A stretch of 64,000 nucleotides of DNA from Lama glama (GCA_028534125.1 CM052818.1:49540001-49604000), one strand, 5' to 3'. Counted from the first letter of the stretch, positions 1 to 12,731 are shown. Notes: generated from the sequence alone by a model not told the origin. A program made the numbers and translations.

Positions 1-672
1 GAACAGGAATGTAGCACACCTGATATTTTACGACCCAGATTGCCTCTTTTATTTAACGTCCAATTTCATGAGCAACTTTCTACGGCAATAAATGTTCATC
101 TGTAAGATTTTAAACGGCTGGATAGTGTTTCAGTGTAGGGGTGGACCATATTTATTTAATCAATTTCATATCATTAGTCACTTAGAAAACCTCTAATTTC
201 AAATATAATAAACCGTTTATTTGGTAAAATTCTTTTCTTTAAGTCTCGGTTACTTCCTCAAGATGGTGCCAAGTCACGGACTCTGCACATACACGGCCAG
301 CACGTCTGACAGCCAGACTGTCCTCCAAGAACCTGCGCCCCCACCCTGGCTAACAGGGGTGTTCACGCTCCTGGGCTGGAGGTGACTGCTTCGTACCTAC
401 CAATGTTATAAGTAGAAGCTGCTGACAGCACTGGCTTCATTTTCGTTTGTTTACTGAGCAGCGAAGTTGAACCGTCTTTCCCCGTCTCCACTGGCTGTGG
501 GAGTGTATCGGGGCACAGCGTTTCTCAGAGAGCAGGTCCACGTCACAAAGCAGGAAGGCTGCCTCTGGTGCCCACACCTTGTATGAGTCCAGAATCATTA
601 AAAAGTAAGAACCACGAAACGTACCGGACCTTCTGGGAATTCAGTTGGTTCTCGTAAGCACAGACACATTAG

Positions 673-1850
673 AGTTTGATGGGGTCCCACTTGTCTGTTC
701 TCACTTATATTGCTTGTGCTGTTGGTGTCTTATCCATCAAAGTAAAAGGCTTCTTTAGGGATTTGGGATTGACAGATACACACTACTACGTATAGAAAAT
801 AGGTAAACAACAAGGACTACTGTATAGCACCAGGAACCATATTCAAGTTCTGTAATGAACTGTAATGGAAAAGAATCTTAAAATACATATATGCAAAGGA
901 GACATTCAACAGAGCAAAAAGGCAACCTGTGGAATGAGAGAAATACTTGCAAACCACATATATGTGTCTGATAATGAGTTAACTTCCAAAGTATATAAGG
1001 AACTCCTACAATTCATTAGGAAAAAAAAAAAAACCTAATAACCTGATTTTTAAAATGGGCTGAAGACTTGAATAGACTTTTCCTCAAAGAAGACACACAG
1101 ATGACCAACAGATACAAGAAAAATGCTCAGTATCACTAATCATAAGGGAAATGTAAATCGAAACTACAATGAGATCCCCTCATACCTGTTAGAATGGTGG
1201 TCATTGCGGGGGGCAGCAGGTGTGGGTGAGGATGTGGAGAAACTGGAACTCTTGTTCGCTGTTGGCAAGAATGCAAAATGGTGCAGCCACTATGGAAAAC
1301 AGTACTGAGGGTCCTTGAAAAACTGAAAATAGAGCTACCATGTGATCCAGCAGTCCCACTCTAGGGTATTTATCCAAAAGAATCGAAATTAGGATCTTGA
1401 AGAAATACAAGCACTCCTGTGTTCACTGCAGTGCGACTCACAACAGCCAGGATGTGGAAACAAACTAACGGACAGGCGGACACAGGATGAGAAAACATAG
1501 TACATACACAGGGTGGAATGTTGAAAAAGAAGGGAATCTGACAATCCGTGACCAAATGGATGAGTCTTGGGGACATTATGCTGAGTGGAATAAGCCCTCA
1601 CAGAAGGACAAACACTGCCTGTGAGATACTAGACTTGTCGCACTCAGGAGCACAGAGCAAAACGGTGGTGCAGGGGGAGAAAGATGTGGGACGTCGTTCA
1701 CAGGTACAGAGTCTCACTCACGCAAGGCGAATCAGTTCTGGAGACCTGCTGTACGACGTGGTGCCCATAGTTAACAACACTGTTTTCTGCAACTAAAAAT
1801 CACGTGAAGTGTTCTTACCACAATAAAATACAATTTTTAAAAATAACAAA
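673..1850 (+). mobile_element. LINE-1 3' portion (late ORF2 + 3'UTR, old L1MA-like) with inverted 5' segment (673-736) and a nested younger L1 3'UTR fragment (~755-892)
   Basis: Typical L1 ORF2 C-terminal text (AAAATGGTGCAGCCACTATGGAAAACAGTA...GATCCAGCAGTCCCACTCTAGGGTATTTATCCAAAAGAA) and an A-rich tail at ~1820-1858; 673-736 is L1 ORF2 sequence in reverse orientation. Subfamily from recall. Confidence 0.88.
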
Positions 1851-1960
1851 AGAAAAGAGGTTACCTATTTTGTTAAATATATATGGATATTTGAAAGACT
1901 GAAAAGCATCCTTAACCAGCTCTGAGGTGAGACCCGTTTAATAAGACTTTATCACTTGAG

Positions 1961-2565
1961 TGTCAGAGCAGGCAGGTAGCTAGGTATGAGCAGAGAAACG
2001 GGCCACAGGCCAAATGGAAGGAGGCCATGCATCTTGCATCTTGTGAGCAACGCAGATCCCTGGGCAGACAGAGAAAAGCAGGAACCTCTGGGCTGATAGG
2101 AAATCACACATTTTGGGGTGACAAGAGTCCTGGAGGCCAACAAAGAAAGGTGGGAAAAGGCAGGAATCTCCAGGGTCTGAATATAACCTTTTGCTCATTA
2201 CACCCTCATTACAATAAATTAGCCTTGCAGATTAGAAGTTCCCATCATGCACCAAGGTCATGACACTTCTGATCCAGACTAAATAAGGACAAAAATCCCT
2301 CCTCCCCTCAGGAAGGAGGAGCTGGGATGGAAATCAGGGATTATGATCCCAAACTGCTCCCCTCCAATGAATATCCTGCCCATTCATTGTCACACCCTGT
2401 GTAACCAGCCTGCCAAAGAACTCAGGGCAGCTGCTCACCTGAGGCTGCCCACTCTCCCCCGAGAGCGTCCTATCACTTAACAAATCCTCACTTTGTTTTC
2501 TTGCCCTCCATGTCTCTTCTCTGAATTCTTTCTGCAATGAGACAAGAACTTAATCACCAGCAACA
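1961..2565 (+). mobile_element. Solo ERV LTR (ERV1-like), copy 1
   Basis: Starts TGTCA, ends CAACA, 605 bp; colinear along its whole length with the reverse complement of 18826-19425. TSD not clearly preserved. Confidence 0.85.
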
Positions 2566-4715
2566 CTGAACAGCACACTCTCCAGAAGTTGCTATATTAA
2601 AGCCTCAGCCCCAGCGTCCCTGGTTCCTGCATGGGGACGGCCGTAGGAGACAGAGACACACTACAGCGCAGCGCCTTCCTGAAGGTATGAACATGCTGCG
2701 TGAGAGGACACCGAGGGCTGGGAAGCACCTGCATCTTAGCTCTGGGCCTGAAGGGGCAGGATCTGGCCCGTGAACCAGGTTTCCTAGCTCCTTGTTAATC
2801 TCCCTCCTGACTCGGCCCGTCTGCATGCTGGCTGACGCTTGCTTGGTCATTGCTTTCTTCCTGTGTGTCTGACGGCTTCAGATGGAAGATCGGAAAATCA
2901 GGTCCACCGACACCAATACAAATGGAACCTCAGGATCGATGAAAAAGGTGTCATATATCCAACATTGGTATTTTCCCTATTTGACTGAATCACCTGTCAC
3001 TTCACCCAGCAGATGTCATTATTTTAATAAACTGAGATTTATGGTATTCATAATCTTTTTATGGAATTCACAGAAAATTATTGAAAAGTAACCCAGCATA
3101 GCTCATCCTTTTCTTTAAAATATAAATATTCAATGTTTATATCCTTCAAACGAAGGGGAACGCTCTCAGAGCTTACAATGAATGTTGCTACTTCCCACGT
3201 CGTGTTATGTATACATGGGCTGAGGAACTGAGAGACTCCTCTACAATAAAGACCGTGGCAGACTGCAGAGACTGAGTCACGAGTTTCCGTAAACATCGCT
3301 TCAAATATTTGCACATTTAACCTGTTCAGAAGTTTCTGACGTGTTTGCCTTTTATTCTTATGGAAAACTGATCTGGAAGCGTGGCAACAAGGCTGCACTT
3401 CTCCACTGAGATTATCTCAGGCTGAGGTGGAAGGACAGGGAGCTTAGAGGCAGGGGGCCGGCAGTCGCCGCGGGGAACGCTCTGGGCTGACGCCGGGCCC
3501 CTGACGCCAGCCTCCCTGCAGCCCCCGGATGCCCGAGTCAGATGCCTGGAGACTCGCGCTGGACCTCCACGCGACCCCCAGCCCCCGATCACCCACCCGG
3601 GTCACACTGGCAGTGAAATCACCCTGGACCTGGTCCTCCCTCCAGCCTCACTGCCGGCCCGGCCAGTGGCATCTCCCCCCACCGTGCGTGGCCTGCTGGG
3701 TCTTCTTGCTTTCACTCCTCCCGGGTTGGTCCAGCCGCCCACACAGACCCAGGTCTCTAGAGTCAAGTTCACGGATAAATGTGGTCATGCTGCGTCCCGC
3801 CTGGAAGACACTCAGTGACGCTCTGCGGTCCCACCCAGCCAGACCCACGCTCTGCAGGCCCCCCGATCCTCTGTCGGCCGGCCCCAGCCCCGCCTGCTTA
3901 GCTCCAGCTTCCCACCCCGCTAGCACCACGACAGAGGCCCCTTGTAGGCAGGCTTACTCTTTCTTTAACAGGCTCATATTTGGTAACTTTTTAAGTAATT
4001 TGAATTTTCCACAAAGAGTTACACAACGGGAATGCCTTTCCCTATTCAAAGGATTACACTGACTGAACTCCGCAGGCACAGGGGACAGACGTAGGACACA
4101 GAGGTTTCACTTGCACGGTCAGAGACGGTCATCTACACACATGGATTCAGGGGCCGGTGATTTATTAAAATCTCATGAAATTTTAACACGTTTTCATATT
4201 ATGTGATAACTGGGTCATTAACAGATGAACATACGTTTTAATGCTGAGCTGCCACCTGGTCTGCACAACTTACTTTGGACAGAAACCCACTTTCTACCCA
4301 ATAGGGCTCCTTTCGTTCTCCTCCCGGGTGGGGAACCGTCCCAGATACGCTGGATCTTTGGACACCTGGGAAGTAAGATTGCTGTGTTTTCCTTCAAAAA
4401 TTCCGATGCGCATTCTTTATTCAGTCAGCGCAGCACTTCATTTGTTCCCTTTTCCTGTAGCAATCCCGGAGTAATAATTAAAATGCTTCGTACAGTGGAA
4501 AGGAGAGGCCCTCGGCGTGGTGAGACGTAATCCGTTGTTGATAAATGGTTCCGCCAGACTCTCCATGCGGGTGGAGAGCCAACACATAAAACTGAATGAT
4601 GATTGTTTTATTAAAAGCGAGAATCACTTCGATGGAAGACGAAAGCCACACCTGTAGATTTAGACCACGAATCGGAAGTTCTCACGTAAGGAGCGACCCA
4701 GCAACTGCCCAGAAG

Positions 4716-4730
4716 CCACCAGGGGGCAGC
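4716..4730 (+). promoter_or_regulatory. Candidate CTCF binding site
   Basis: CCACCAGGGGGCAGC matches the canonical CTCF core; binding not shown. Confidence 0.6.
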
Positions 4731-6019
4731 TGCACTCTGAGGGCCGGGCTGCCGTCCGGGGGTCACACGGCCCCCGCGGGGGCTGCTTGTTTCCCAGGTC
4801 TGAACGGACGTCTCCATGGGTGTTCAGTGGTCAGCGCGCTGCCTGGAACCACTCACTAAACATCAGCAACTGTATGCCCAGTGTCTCTGCCTATTTCATG
4901 TGGAAGGAAAACACACTTTCACAAATCACAGAGCCTCCGGCTGCTCAGTCTGCGAGTTGGCCAGGGGGACTGAGGGCCGTTCTCTTCTCTCGAATATGTG
5001 AGCTATGACCTCGCTTTTTCCACAGCTATTTCTGTGTGAAGCGACTTTTGGCCTGAAAGGACTTAAATAATCATTTCATCTGCCATATGTAGATAAAGAT
5101 GTTGGATCCACCCAAAATTTTTAATCCTGTGATTGTTTCCAGACACACTTTGAGTGACATTTATTATTCCACAGAATAAGCAAAGCAGACCCCATTTAGG
5201 GCCAGAGATGCCTCCTGAGAGGTTTCTGATGCTGTCAGAGCCGCAGCCTCTGAGCCGCCCCGTGTGGATTTATAGTTATAAATGGACCCTGGGGACTGGG
5301 GCAGCCAGTTGGTGCTGAGGAAGCTACATAGACTTGACAGAACAATTTTAAAATATGAATTAATTCCTATGAGAAGCAGCTTGGATGTAGGGAAAATAAT
5401 AGGCATTATTTTTGTTAGGGAAAAAAAGAGAGCTGTCAGGGTTAAACAAAAAGGAGGCATTTTCTCCTGTGCTTCCTGAGTTCCTGAATACAGTGACCAG
5501 CGACAACCCTCGTGCAACGCCCACGTGTGCCCATTTCCCTGGTGTGCATGAAGCGCCACCACAGGTAAAGTCAGTGCACAGCCCTGGTGACACCTGGTCC
5601 CTAAAACCCTCCTGGAAGTGAGCATGGCTTGAAGGCACCGAAGGTCCCGCAGCAGGAAAGCATGAAGCCAGGACTGGAACCCTGAATGCTGGGTCCTGGG
5701 TCCTTGCTCCTCTGTCACCCGCCTCACCAAATAGAGACAGTCAGCAAAAACATGTGCAAATCTTTCCACTAAATTAAATTATACTTTTATACTGATTATT
5801 TATATCAAAGACAATTTATCTGAGTCTGTGGTTGATCTGCAATCAGCACCGAGGCCGCTGTTTCAGCCGGCACCCCTTCTGTCTCCCAGCCCTGTCTGTA
5901 AGCACTCGGGGTCTGTGAGTAAAGGGAACAACAAAAAGACAGAGTTTAAAGAACCTTCTCAAGTCCAGCTTGTCTCTTTCATTCATCCTTATCAGGGTTT
6001 CTTAAATAAGAACATACCT

Positions 6020-6390
6020 GTAATTAATATGATCGATAAGATAATTAATTATAATGTGCAGCAATTAATAACAATTAACTAAATACAATTAATTAAATAT
6101 AATTAATTACATGTTAATATGACATACATTAACACAGTCGACATTAGGCTGTATAATATTGTATATTAAAGGCATGTATAGTACCAAGACATATAACACA
6201 CTGTATATTCATACACAATTATTAATTATATAATACATACGGGGTATTAATGCCTTATGCAACGTGAATACAGAGCTTGTAGTAGCATACTATCAATATT
6301 ATATTAAATAACGGATAGTTACAATAATAAATTAGGGCTCTAAATAAATATTAATATGTATTTAATATTTATTTAACAATAATATGGACA
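6020..6390. repeat. AT-rich low-complexity tract
   Basis: Runs of TAATTA/ATATT, very low GC, directly next to a CpG island. Confidence 0.8.
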
Positions 6391-6449
6391 ACCATTAGTG
6401 CGGCGCTTTCTCTGAAAAGTCAGGTGGAACGTCCCCATTTATTTCACAC

Positions 6450-6900
6450 AGTCTCTCGGCATCCTTGCGCATTACCGGCCGGGGATGGGAACAGTTACGG
6501 GGTGAAACTGAAGCGCAAACGTTTCTCTAACACCGAGGCAGAGAGTTCCGCGCGGGGAGCCCGGGGCGGGGCTGGCGGACAAAGCCGACCGCGCACCCGG
6601 GCCGCGCGGAGCAGGACAACCCGTGCGCATGCGCGGAGCGGCCCGGCCCGCCTGCCGGGAGCGGGGGAGCCCGCCGTCCGCCCCGAGCCCCGATTGCTAG
6701 GCCTCTCCAGCCCCGAATGCCCTGCTTGTTACAGTCCACCGGAGCGTCTCGTTAGCGCCCTCTCCCCGCCCCGCCACGCGCACGTCAGCCTGAATAGCTT
6801 TCGGTTTGCTTTCCCAGTGCCAGTGCCCGCAGCGGCTGCCTCCACGCTTCCTGTGGACGAGGAAAGCTTGCACAGGAGCCATTTTTCCCTCCGGCTGGTT
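6450..6900. promoter_or_regulatory. CpG island 1, promoter-like
   Basis: Dense CpG; GC box GGGGCGGGGC 6563-6572; NRF1-type palindrome TGCGCATGCGC 6624-6634; more GC boxes at ~6678 and ~6765; YY1-like GCCATTTT ~6878. Confidence 0.75.
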
Positions 6901-7854
6901 AAAATCTGCTGAAATAGTGCAAATCAGCTGTCAACGATGTCTTTTAACAGCAGCATTCAACGACGCCAAAACAAATCAATAAAACCACGGAAAACAGGAC
7001 TTTACTGGCAGGCTCACCTCGAACCTGCTAGAAGGAAAGACTCACTTCTCATCGTGAACAGCTGGAACGCTTCAGAAAGGGGAGTACTCACTTTTCGTGC
7101 GGCTCCTGGCGTCACTGAGATACTAGGTGCCGGGGTTCGGGGGGAAGCAGAATAAAGGACGTGCTTGTGGTGTCAAAGTATGTGCGTGTGTGGGCATGTC
7201 TGATCCCACAGTGACACCTATGTCCAACACACTTGTTTAGAATCAAGTTTTATAATTTCAGATTGATGGGTTTAGCTAATCAGAAGAAAAAAATCTATAT
7301 GTAGAAACTAAGAAGAGCAGAAAACCCAAATAGTTTAAACCTAGAAACAGATTTTCAGATGAATCGACACTCCAGGTGATAATGAGATGTGTATCCTTAG
7401 AAATATACATAGGAGTATGTTTTTTAAATATATATCAAATGAGTTCACATGAATTCAGGTGTATATATTTATGTATGTACACAACGTACAGTTATAAAAT
7501 CAGCTCCCAGAGCTTATGTTTGAGCCATTCCCTATTAAACACGTCCAAAAGCCCTTTTAGACATCTCTTACCTGAATATCTGTTTTAGCTTCTTAAAAAT
7601 CCTTAAAAGGTATTTATTAATAAAAATCAACAAATGTTTCCTTTATTTTCTCACCCTCTTGGGAGATTAGGGACGAGTATTAACGTGCTGCAGCTCTGAT
7701 GAATGGCCAAGGACCACAGCCCACGTCTTGGAATCACAGGGACCTGGGGTCGATGGCAACCTGTCTTCGCCAGTTATGTCTTCTGTGGGTTTAGACACAT
7801 AAGACCACTTTCCTGAACCCCGATGTTTCCACCAGGAACCCTGCGAGCATAACC

Positions 7855-8041
7855 TGTCTGTCTCCAAAGTTCACCGTTTTTTAAGGACACCAGTCATATT
7901 GGATTAGGATCAACTTTAATGATCTCATTTTGACTTGATTTTTCTGTAAAGACCTTATCTCTAAAGAGAATCACATTCTGAGGTCCTGACGGTTAGGGCT
8001 CCAACATGTGGATTTGGGGGGACACAGCACAACCCATAACA
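7855..8041 (-). mobile_element. MaLR LTR fragment (MLT1-type)
   Basis: AAGGACACCAGTCATATTGGATTAGG...GGGGGGACACAGCACAACCCATAACA, the characteristic MLT1 terminus in reverse. Confidence 0.8.
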
Positions 8042-9654
8042 TATGCATACATGATAAAATTATTTTAAAAAAATAGTGACTGGATGACAAACACACAGTT
8101 AAGAGGTGGCTCCTGGGTCAGTAGGAGAATGGGACGGGGTAGAGGACAGACAACAAGGCAACCCCTGGACCTCGGACAAGGTGATGGGTTCACAGGCACT
8201 CATCACAGTGCAGTGTCTTGTAACTTACACATGACAGGTTTATTCGTTTGTGTACACACACCAAGTATATATTTTAAAAGATGACAAAGAGAGTGATTTG
8301 CACTCTTTCAGAAAACAAGGGAATTAGAGTCCTGCCAGCATGAGCAGAACCGCCCTCCAGTCCAAGCCCTGCAGGACAGGCACCAGCCCTTTATAAAAGC
8401 TGACAACTCAAGGCCAGCAGCCTTAGCGTCTCCTCTGTGCAACACCTCCCTTCCTCTGTCTCTTCATAACTGCGGTGGTCTCCGCTCCCCTAAGGCGCAT
8501 ACCCCGTCCCTGACGTAAAGGTCCTCAAGGGCACCGCCCACCGCACTTCTCCAGCAGTTTCCTCCTGAAAAGGAAGCAGATACCAGCGGTGGAACCTGCT
8601 TTCTTGACCAAAAGTCTCGGGACTGCTACTAACACTCAGCTTCCCTGTCCGTCACCATAGGAAACCCCGGGAGTCCGGAGGGCGCGGCTCCCCTCCGTGA
8701 AGCCTTGAATCCAGACTGGAGACCCTGCAGGACCAGTGAAATCTCCCCGACCTAAGACCCTCTCCAGATTGCCGTCTGCTTCTCTGGGCCAACACACAGA
8801 AAGGTAAAATAATTGTTTAAATTACACTGAGCCTCTATGGCAAATATTTTACCCATACTTTAAAATTTTTATCTAACCATATAACAATAAAGATAATAAT
8901 AAACAATAACCATAAAGATCTAACCATATAACAAGTATTCTTCCCCAAAAATGGCAAAGATGTGACGTAAGTGTCTTAAGAGCAGAAATCTCCTGTTTCA
9001 TCTTACTCGTTGCACGCCGCATTCTTTCAGTCAATAATAATCACTGAAGAAGAATATGCTTATATAGTCCCCAAGCTTTTGAGGAAATGAATCTGCCCCT
9101 CTGCCTAAGAGCGGTTTTATTGTATTGCTTAAAATAGGGAACCTCAGCGCAGAACGACAGGGTTAAAAGCAAGCCAAGTCACTTGCCTTGAGGACGCCAG
9201 CTATCAGAGGCCACACGCACAGCGTGAGGCGGAGTAACCAGCAAGGCAACGCGCCCCCGGCCTTCACAGAAGAGGAGGAGGTGAGCAGGCGTCCGCCCGG
9301 GGAGCGCAGCCGGCCCCGAGAGGCCCCTCATCAGCCCGTCCGTGGCCGTGGCTGCTGCCCACAGCGTGGCGACGGAGAGCGCGCGATGCTGTGTGACGTT
9401 CGTACCGTTTCTGTGAATACTCCAAAACGTTTCAAGAAGTCTTGTCATTCCACAAATTTGGAACTGGGTCATTTAATCCTAATAAAAATGCTGGGAAATA
9501 AGTTTTAGAATCTTCTTTACACATCGAGGAAACTCCAGGGTAAGCGAATTTTCCTTAGATCACAACAAATAAAGGACCAAACTCAGGTCCCCTGCACCTA
9601 AGGCATGGCTGTTTCCACCTGCAGCATGGCCTCCAGTCAGGTGGATAGGGAGGG

Positions 9655-9703
9655 AGATGGATGGATGGATGGATAGATGGACAGACGGACGGACAGACGG
9701 ACA
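9655..9703. repeat. (GATG)n/(GACG)n microsatellite
   Basis: gatggatggatggatggatagatggacagacggacggacagacggaca seen directly. Confidence 0.85.
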
Positions 9704-9728
9704 GCACAGGCAGTTGACAGGTAGCCCG

Positions 9729-9960
9729 TGCTATAGTTTGTCTGTGGGTGCTGGCTTCTACTTCCGTCCCATTCTGTGCTCCCTGCCCTCAGGTCATAGA
9801 GCCTAGAAGGCTAAAAGCAGCGTTTCCCAGACTTCTTGCAGCTGAATTTTAGATGTGGTTTAGTTTCTGCCAGTGAAATGCACACAGGCAAGACGTTTGA
9901 AATGGAAGGGGGCAGAGAGCACCTTTCCCGCGGTGGTGATGTGAGTACTGAGTTTGGGCA
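9729..9960 (+). mobile_element. Old ERVL-type LTR fragment (LTR16-like)
   Basis: TTTCCCAGACTTCTTGCAGCTG...GATGTGGTTTAGTTTCTGCCAGTGAAATG resembles the LTR16 core; boundaries uncertain. Confidence 0.45.
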
Positions 9961-12493
9961 GCTCTAGGCCCTGTGTTTTGCTCTTTGGTCATCGGTTTCT
10001 CAGGCAGGTGCTGTGGTGGCCGCAGCTTCCTGACCGTGGCCACTGCTGTGCAGGGGGGACCAGGAAGGCCGGCTGACCGCACAGGCTCGGCTCACTGAAC
10101 TTGAATGTGTCTCGGTAGTGTTTCAAAGGCGGGAAATCCCGGAAGGGAACGGACGGGGTAAGAGGGTTGGATTAGACACCAATCGTGGTAGACAGAAGTT
10201 CGAGAGGATCAAGGGTTGCCAGAAGAGACAGCAGTGCCCCGAGCACTGAGTTAGTGACCGTGTTGAGTCAGCTTGCCCGCCACCTAATCCTGGGAAACGC
10301 GGGCCTGAAGGAGCTGGAGTGACGTGATCTGAGCTGGGAGGGTGTGCTTGCATGTCATGGTTTTGTACAGTTTAGCTATTTGTCAAATCAGAGTTCGTTT
10401 TTTCCAGTTGTGGTTTCTGTGTTATTTTTGTGACTCTGGGGTTGCAGCTCTGGTAAGTTTGATCCTGAAGCTAAATGCCCAGCCCCCGACTTCCTCTCCT
10501 CTCAGGCAGCTGCCCGACACCCTCCACACGGGGAAGGGGCAGGAGAGTGTGCGCGACGGAACAGTTCCCGGAGAACAGTCCTGGTCGTCTGCCTGGTAGT
10601 TGCAGGGGTTACAAATTGCTTCCACAAGTGTCGTCTCGTTAGATCCTGGGAGACACACCGCAAAGGAAATGCATTCCTCATCGGCAAACACAGCCACTGA
10701 ATCTGAACTGTGAGTCTGTTTAGTCTCCAGCTCCATAAAAGCAGAAGGGAGGAGTGAGACTAGAACTTCCATCTTCTGACAGCCTTCCTGTTACACCTGC
10801 CTGTCGCTCAGTCCACTTAGCAACTTGCTTCGTTACAGGTTCCCGGGACGTGGCAACCAGCTCAGGATGGAGACAGAGCATCAGGCAAACAGTAAGAGCT
10901 GGAGACCCGGAGCGCAGACGAGGCCACGAGAGAACCGGGAATTGAACAGCGGGGTGTTCGCTCAGCCCACATCCTGCCTGCTGCCTCCTCAAGGCCTAGA
11001 GCAGCTTTTACTGATGGGTGTGCAGATGTGCTTTTCAGAGTGAGAAACGCACACTTCAGTTTACTAGAGAATTAATATAGCCACATGGGTTGCTGATTTT
11101 CAGTTTCCAGGGAACCTCAGTATCAAACTCTACAGAACAAAATTTAATTTTCTTTGATGATGCAAAAGGCATTTCTTGGTCTTGGAGGCCCCTGGGTCAT
11201 TGCTGTGAGCATCAGTTGTGACACCAGTGAGAGTCTATGGTTGTGCTGACTGATGTCAGGATCTCCGTCTCAGAGAGGTCGCCCAGCGCTGACAGAGTGG
11301 CGAGCTGCCCAGCTGAGTTGCTCACGACTCAGTGGCGCTCGGCCCAATATTAGCGCACTGCCTTTGCCCCATCATGTGTTAAATGGCACCAGCTTTTCTT
11401 CAGCCCAGTCGGAGGGGCTCAGTGTCAGATCTGAGGCCATCATCTTTCTCTGCCATCTGACAGTCTCCCCCCAGGTTCTTCAGGGCACACACATGCCACT
11501 GTCCCTTGCTCTCTCCCAGAATTCTGCCAGCCCACCCTAAGCACTGTCTTTCATGAAATGAAACCACTGGACTGTGGTGTGCCCTCCCCTGGAAGCTGTG
11601 ACAGATGTGCTACTCTGGTTAATCAGAGCTGAGCTGGAGACTCACAGCAGAGGGGCCAGGACTGCTGTGGATCCTGAAGGCAGAGGGACATGTGTTGTGA
11701 GAATCTGCCCCACCCAGGCTGCTGGAAGTGTAGCAAGGATTTGGAATCCAGTTAATCAACATATGTGCTTAAAACGCGGTGTGTGTACTGCTGGGTCCCC
11801 ATGTGTTTGGGAGTTAAGATGACACTGAACTGCTAAGTGTGGCAGTTTCATTTCAGGAGGCTGATCGAAGGGTGGCTGCACTGGCCGAGAGGGGTGTGTC
11901 CAGTTAAAACACAATAAGCAGAGACCACTGTCTTTCAGCTTCCACGGCACCCTGGCTGCTGCAGTGTGGCTGGCAGGACAGCAGTGGCAGCATTGCATCC
12001 TAGAAAAGCCAGATCTCCCCCCTACACCCACTGAAGCAGCCTGCGTTTTAACAAGATCTGGGTGATGTGTGCACACAGGAGCATTTAGGAAGCACCTGCT
12101 CCAAGCTCCATGGCCCTGACTGCTCTGTCGTCTTCTGAAAGCCACCACACCATGGCCACATGTCTGGGACACTCAGAGCCACAGAACCAAGGTTGAGGCC
12201 ACGTGTGCCCTGACTGGTCCTTATTCTGGTCCAGGGTGCTCACTTCCCAGGTGAGGAAACCAGGCCGAGTTACTTGGTCGAGGTCCCAGAGTGGGGACCC
12301 GGGAGGTGGGGGCCTCACAGCCTGACTCTAGTTCACACAGGGCTCGCTCCGCTGTGGACGAGTGCAGGAGGGTGTGAGGAGTTACCATCAGGAGGCAAGA
12401 AGGCAGCAGGAGTCTCAGACATTTCAGTGCAGCCTCCATGCTTCGTGACGAGGAGCAGAACCTCTGAGCTGCAAGGAATCCCAGGACCTGAGG

Positions 12494-12731
12494 CAGAGAC
12501 AGGGCCCAGGTGGGCATGCACAGCTCCCCACCCTGCGTGACTTCCCAGGTGACAGAGGCGGGGCCCAGGTGGGCACGCACAGCTCCCCATCCTAAGTTAC
12601 TTCCCAGGCGACAGAGGCGGGGCCCAGGTGGGCACGCACAGCTCCCCATCCTGAGTGACTTCCCAGGTGACAGAGGCGGGACCCAGGTGGGCATGCGTAG
12701 CTCCCCACCCTGTGTGACTTCCCAGGCGACA
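12494..12731. repeat. Minisatellite, 59-bp unit, about 4 copies
   Basis: Unit CAGAGGCGGGGCCCAGGTGGGCACGCACAGCTCCCCATCCTGAGTGACTTCCCAGGTGA recurs with a 1-base shift per 60-base line, giving period 59. Confidence 0.95.

Noticed and set aside
2882..2947. Exon-like segment (CAG|ATGGAAGAT...AAAAAG|GT)
   Set aside because: Weak donor, no recognisable peptide, no supporting neighbouring exons.
10422..10992. Minus-strand ORFs as a possible processed pseudogene
   Set aside because: No convincing parent protein, poly-A tail or TSD recognised; TBLASTX would settle it.
12494..12731. CRISPR-like regular repeat
   Set aside because: Contiguous tandem units with no unique spacers, in mammalian DNA.
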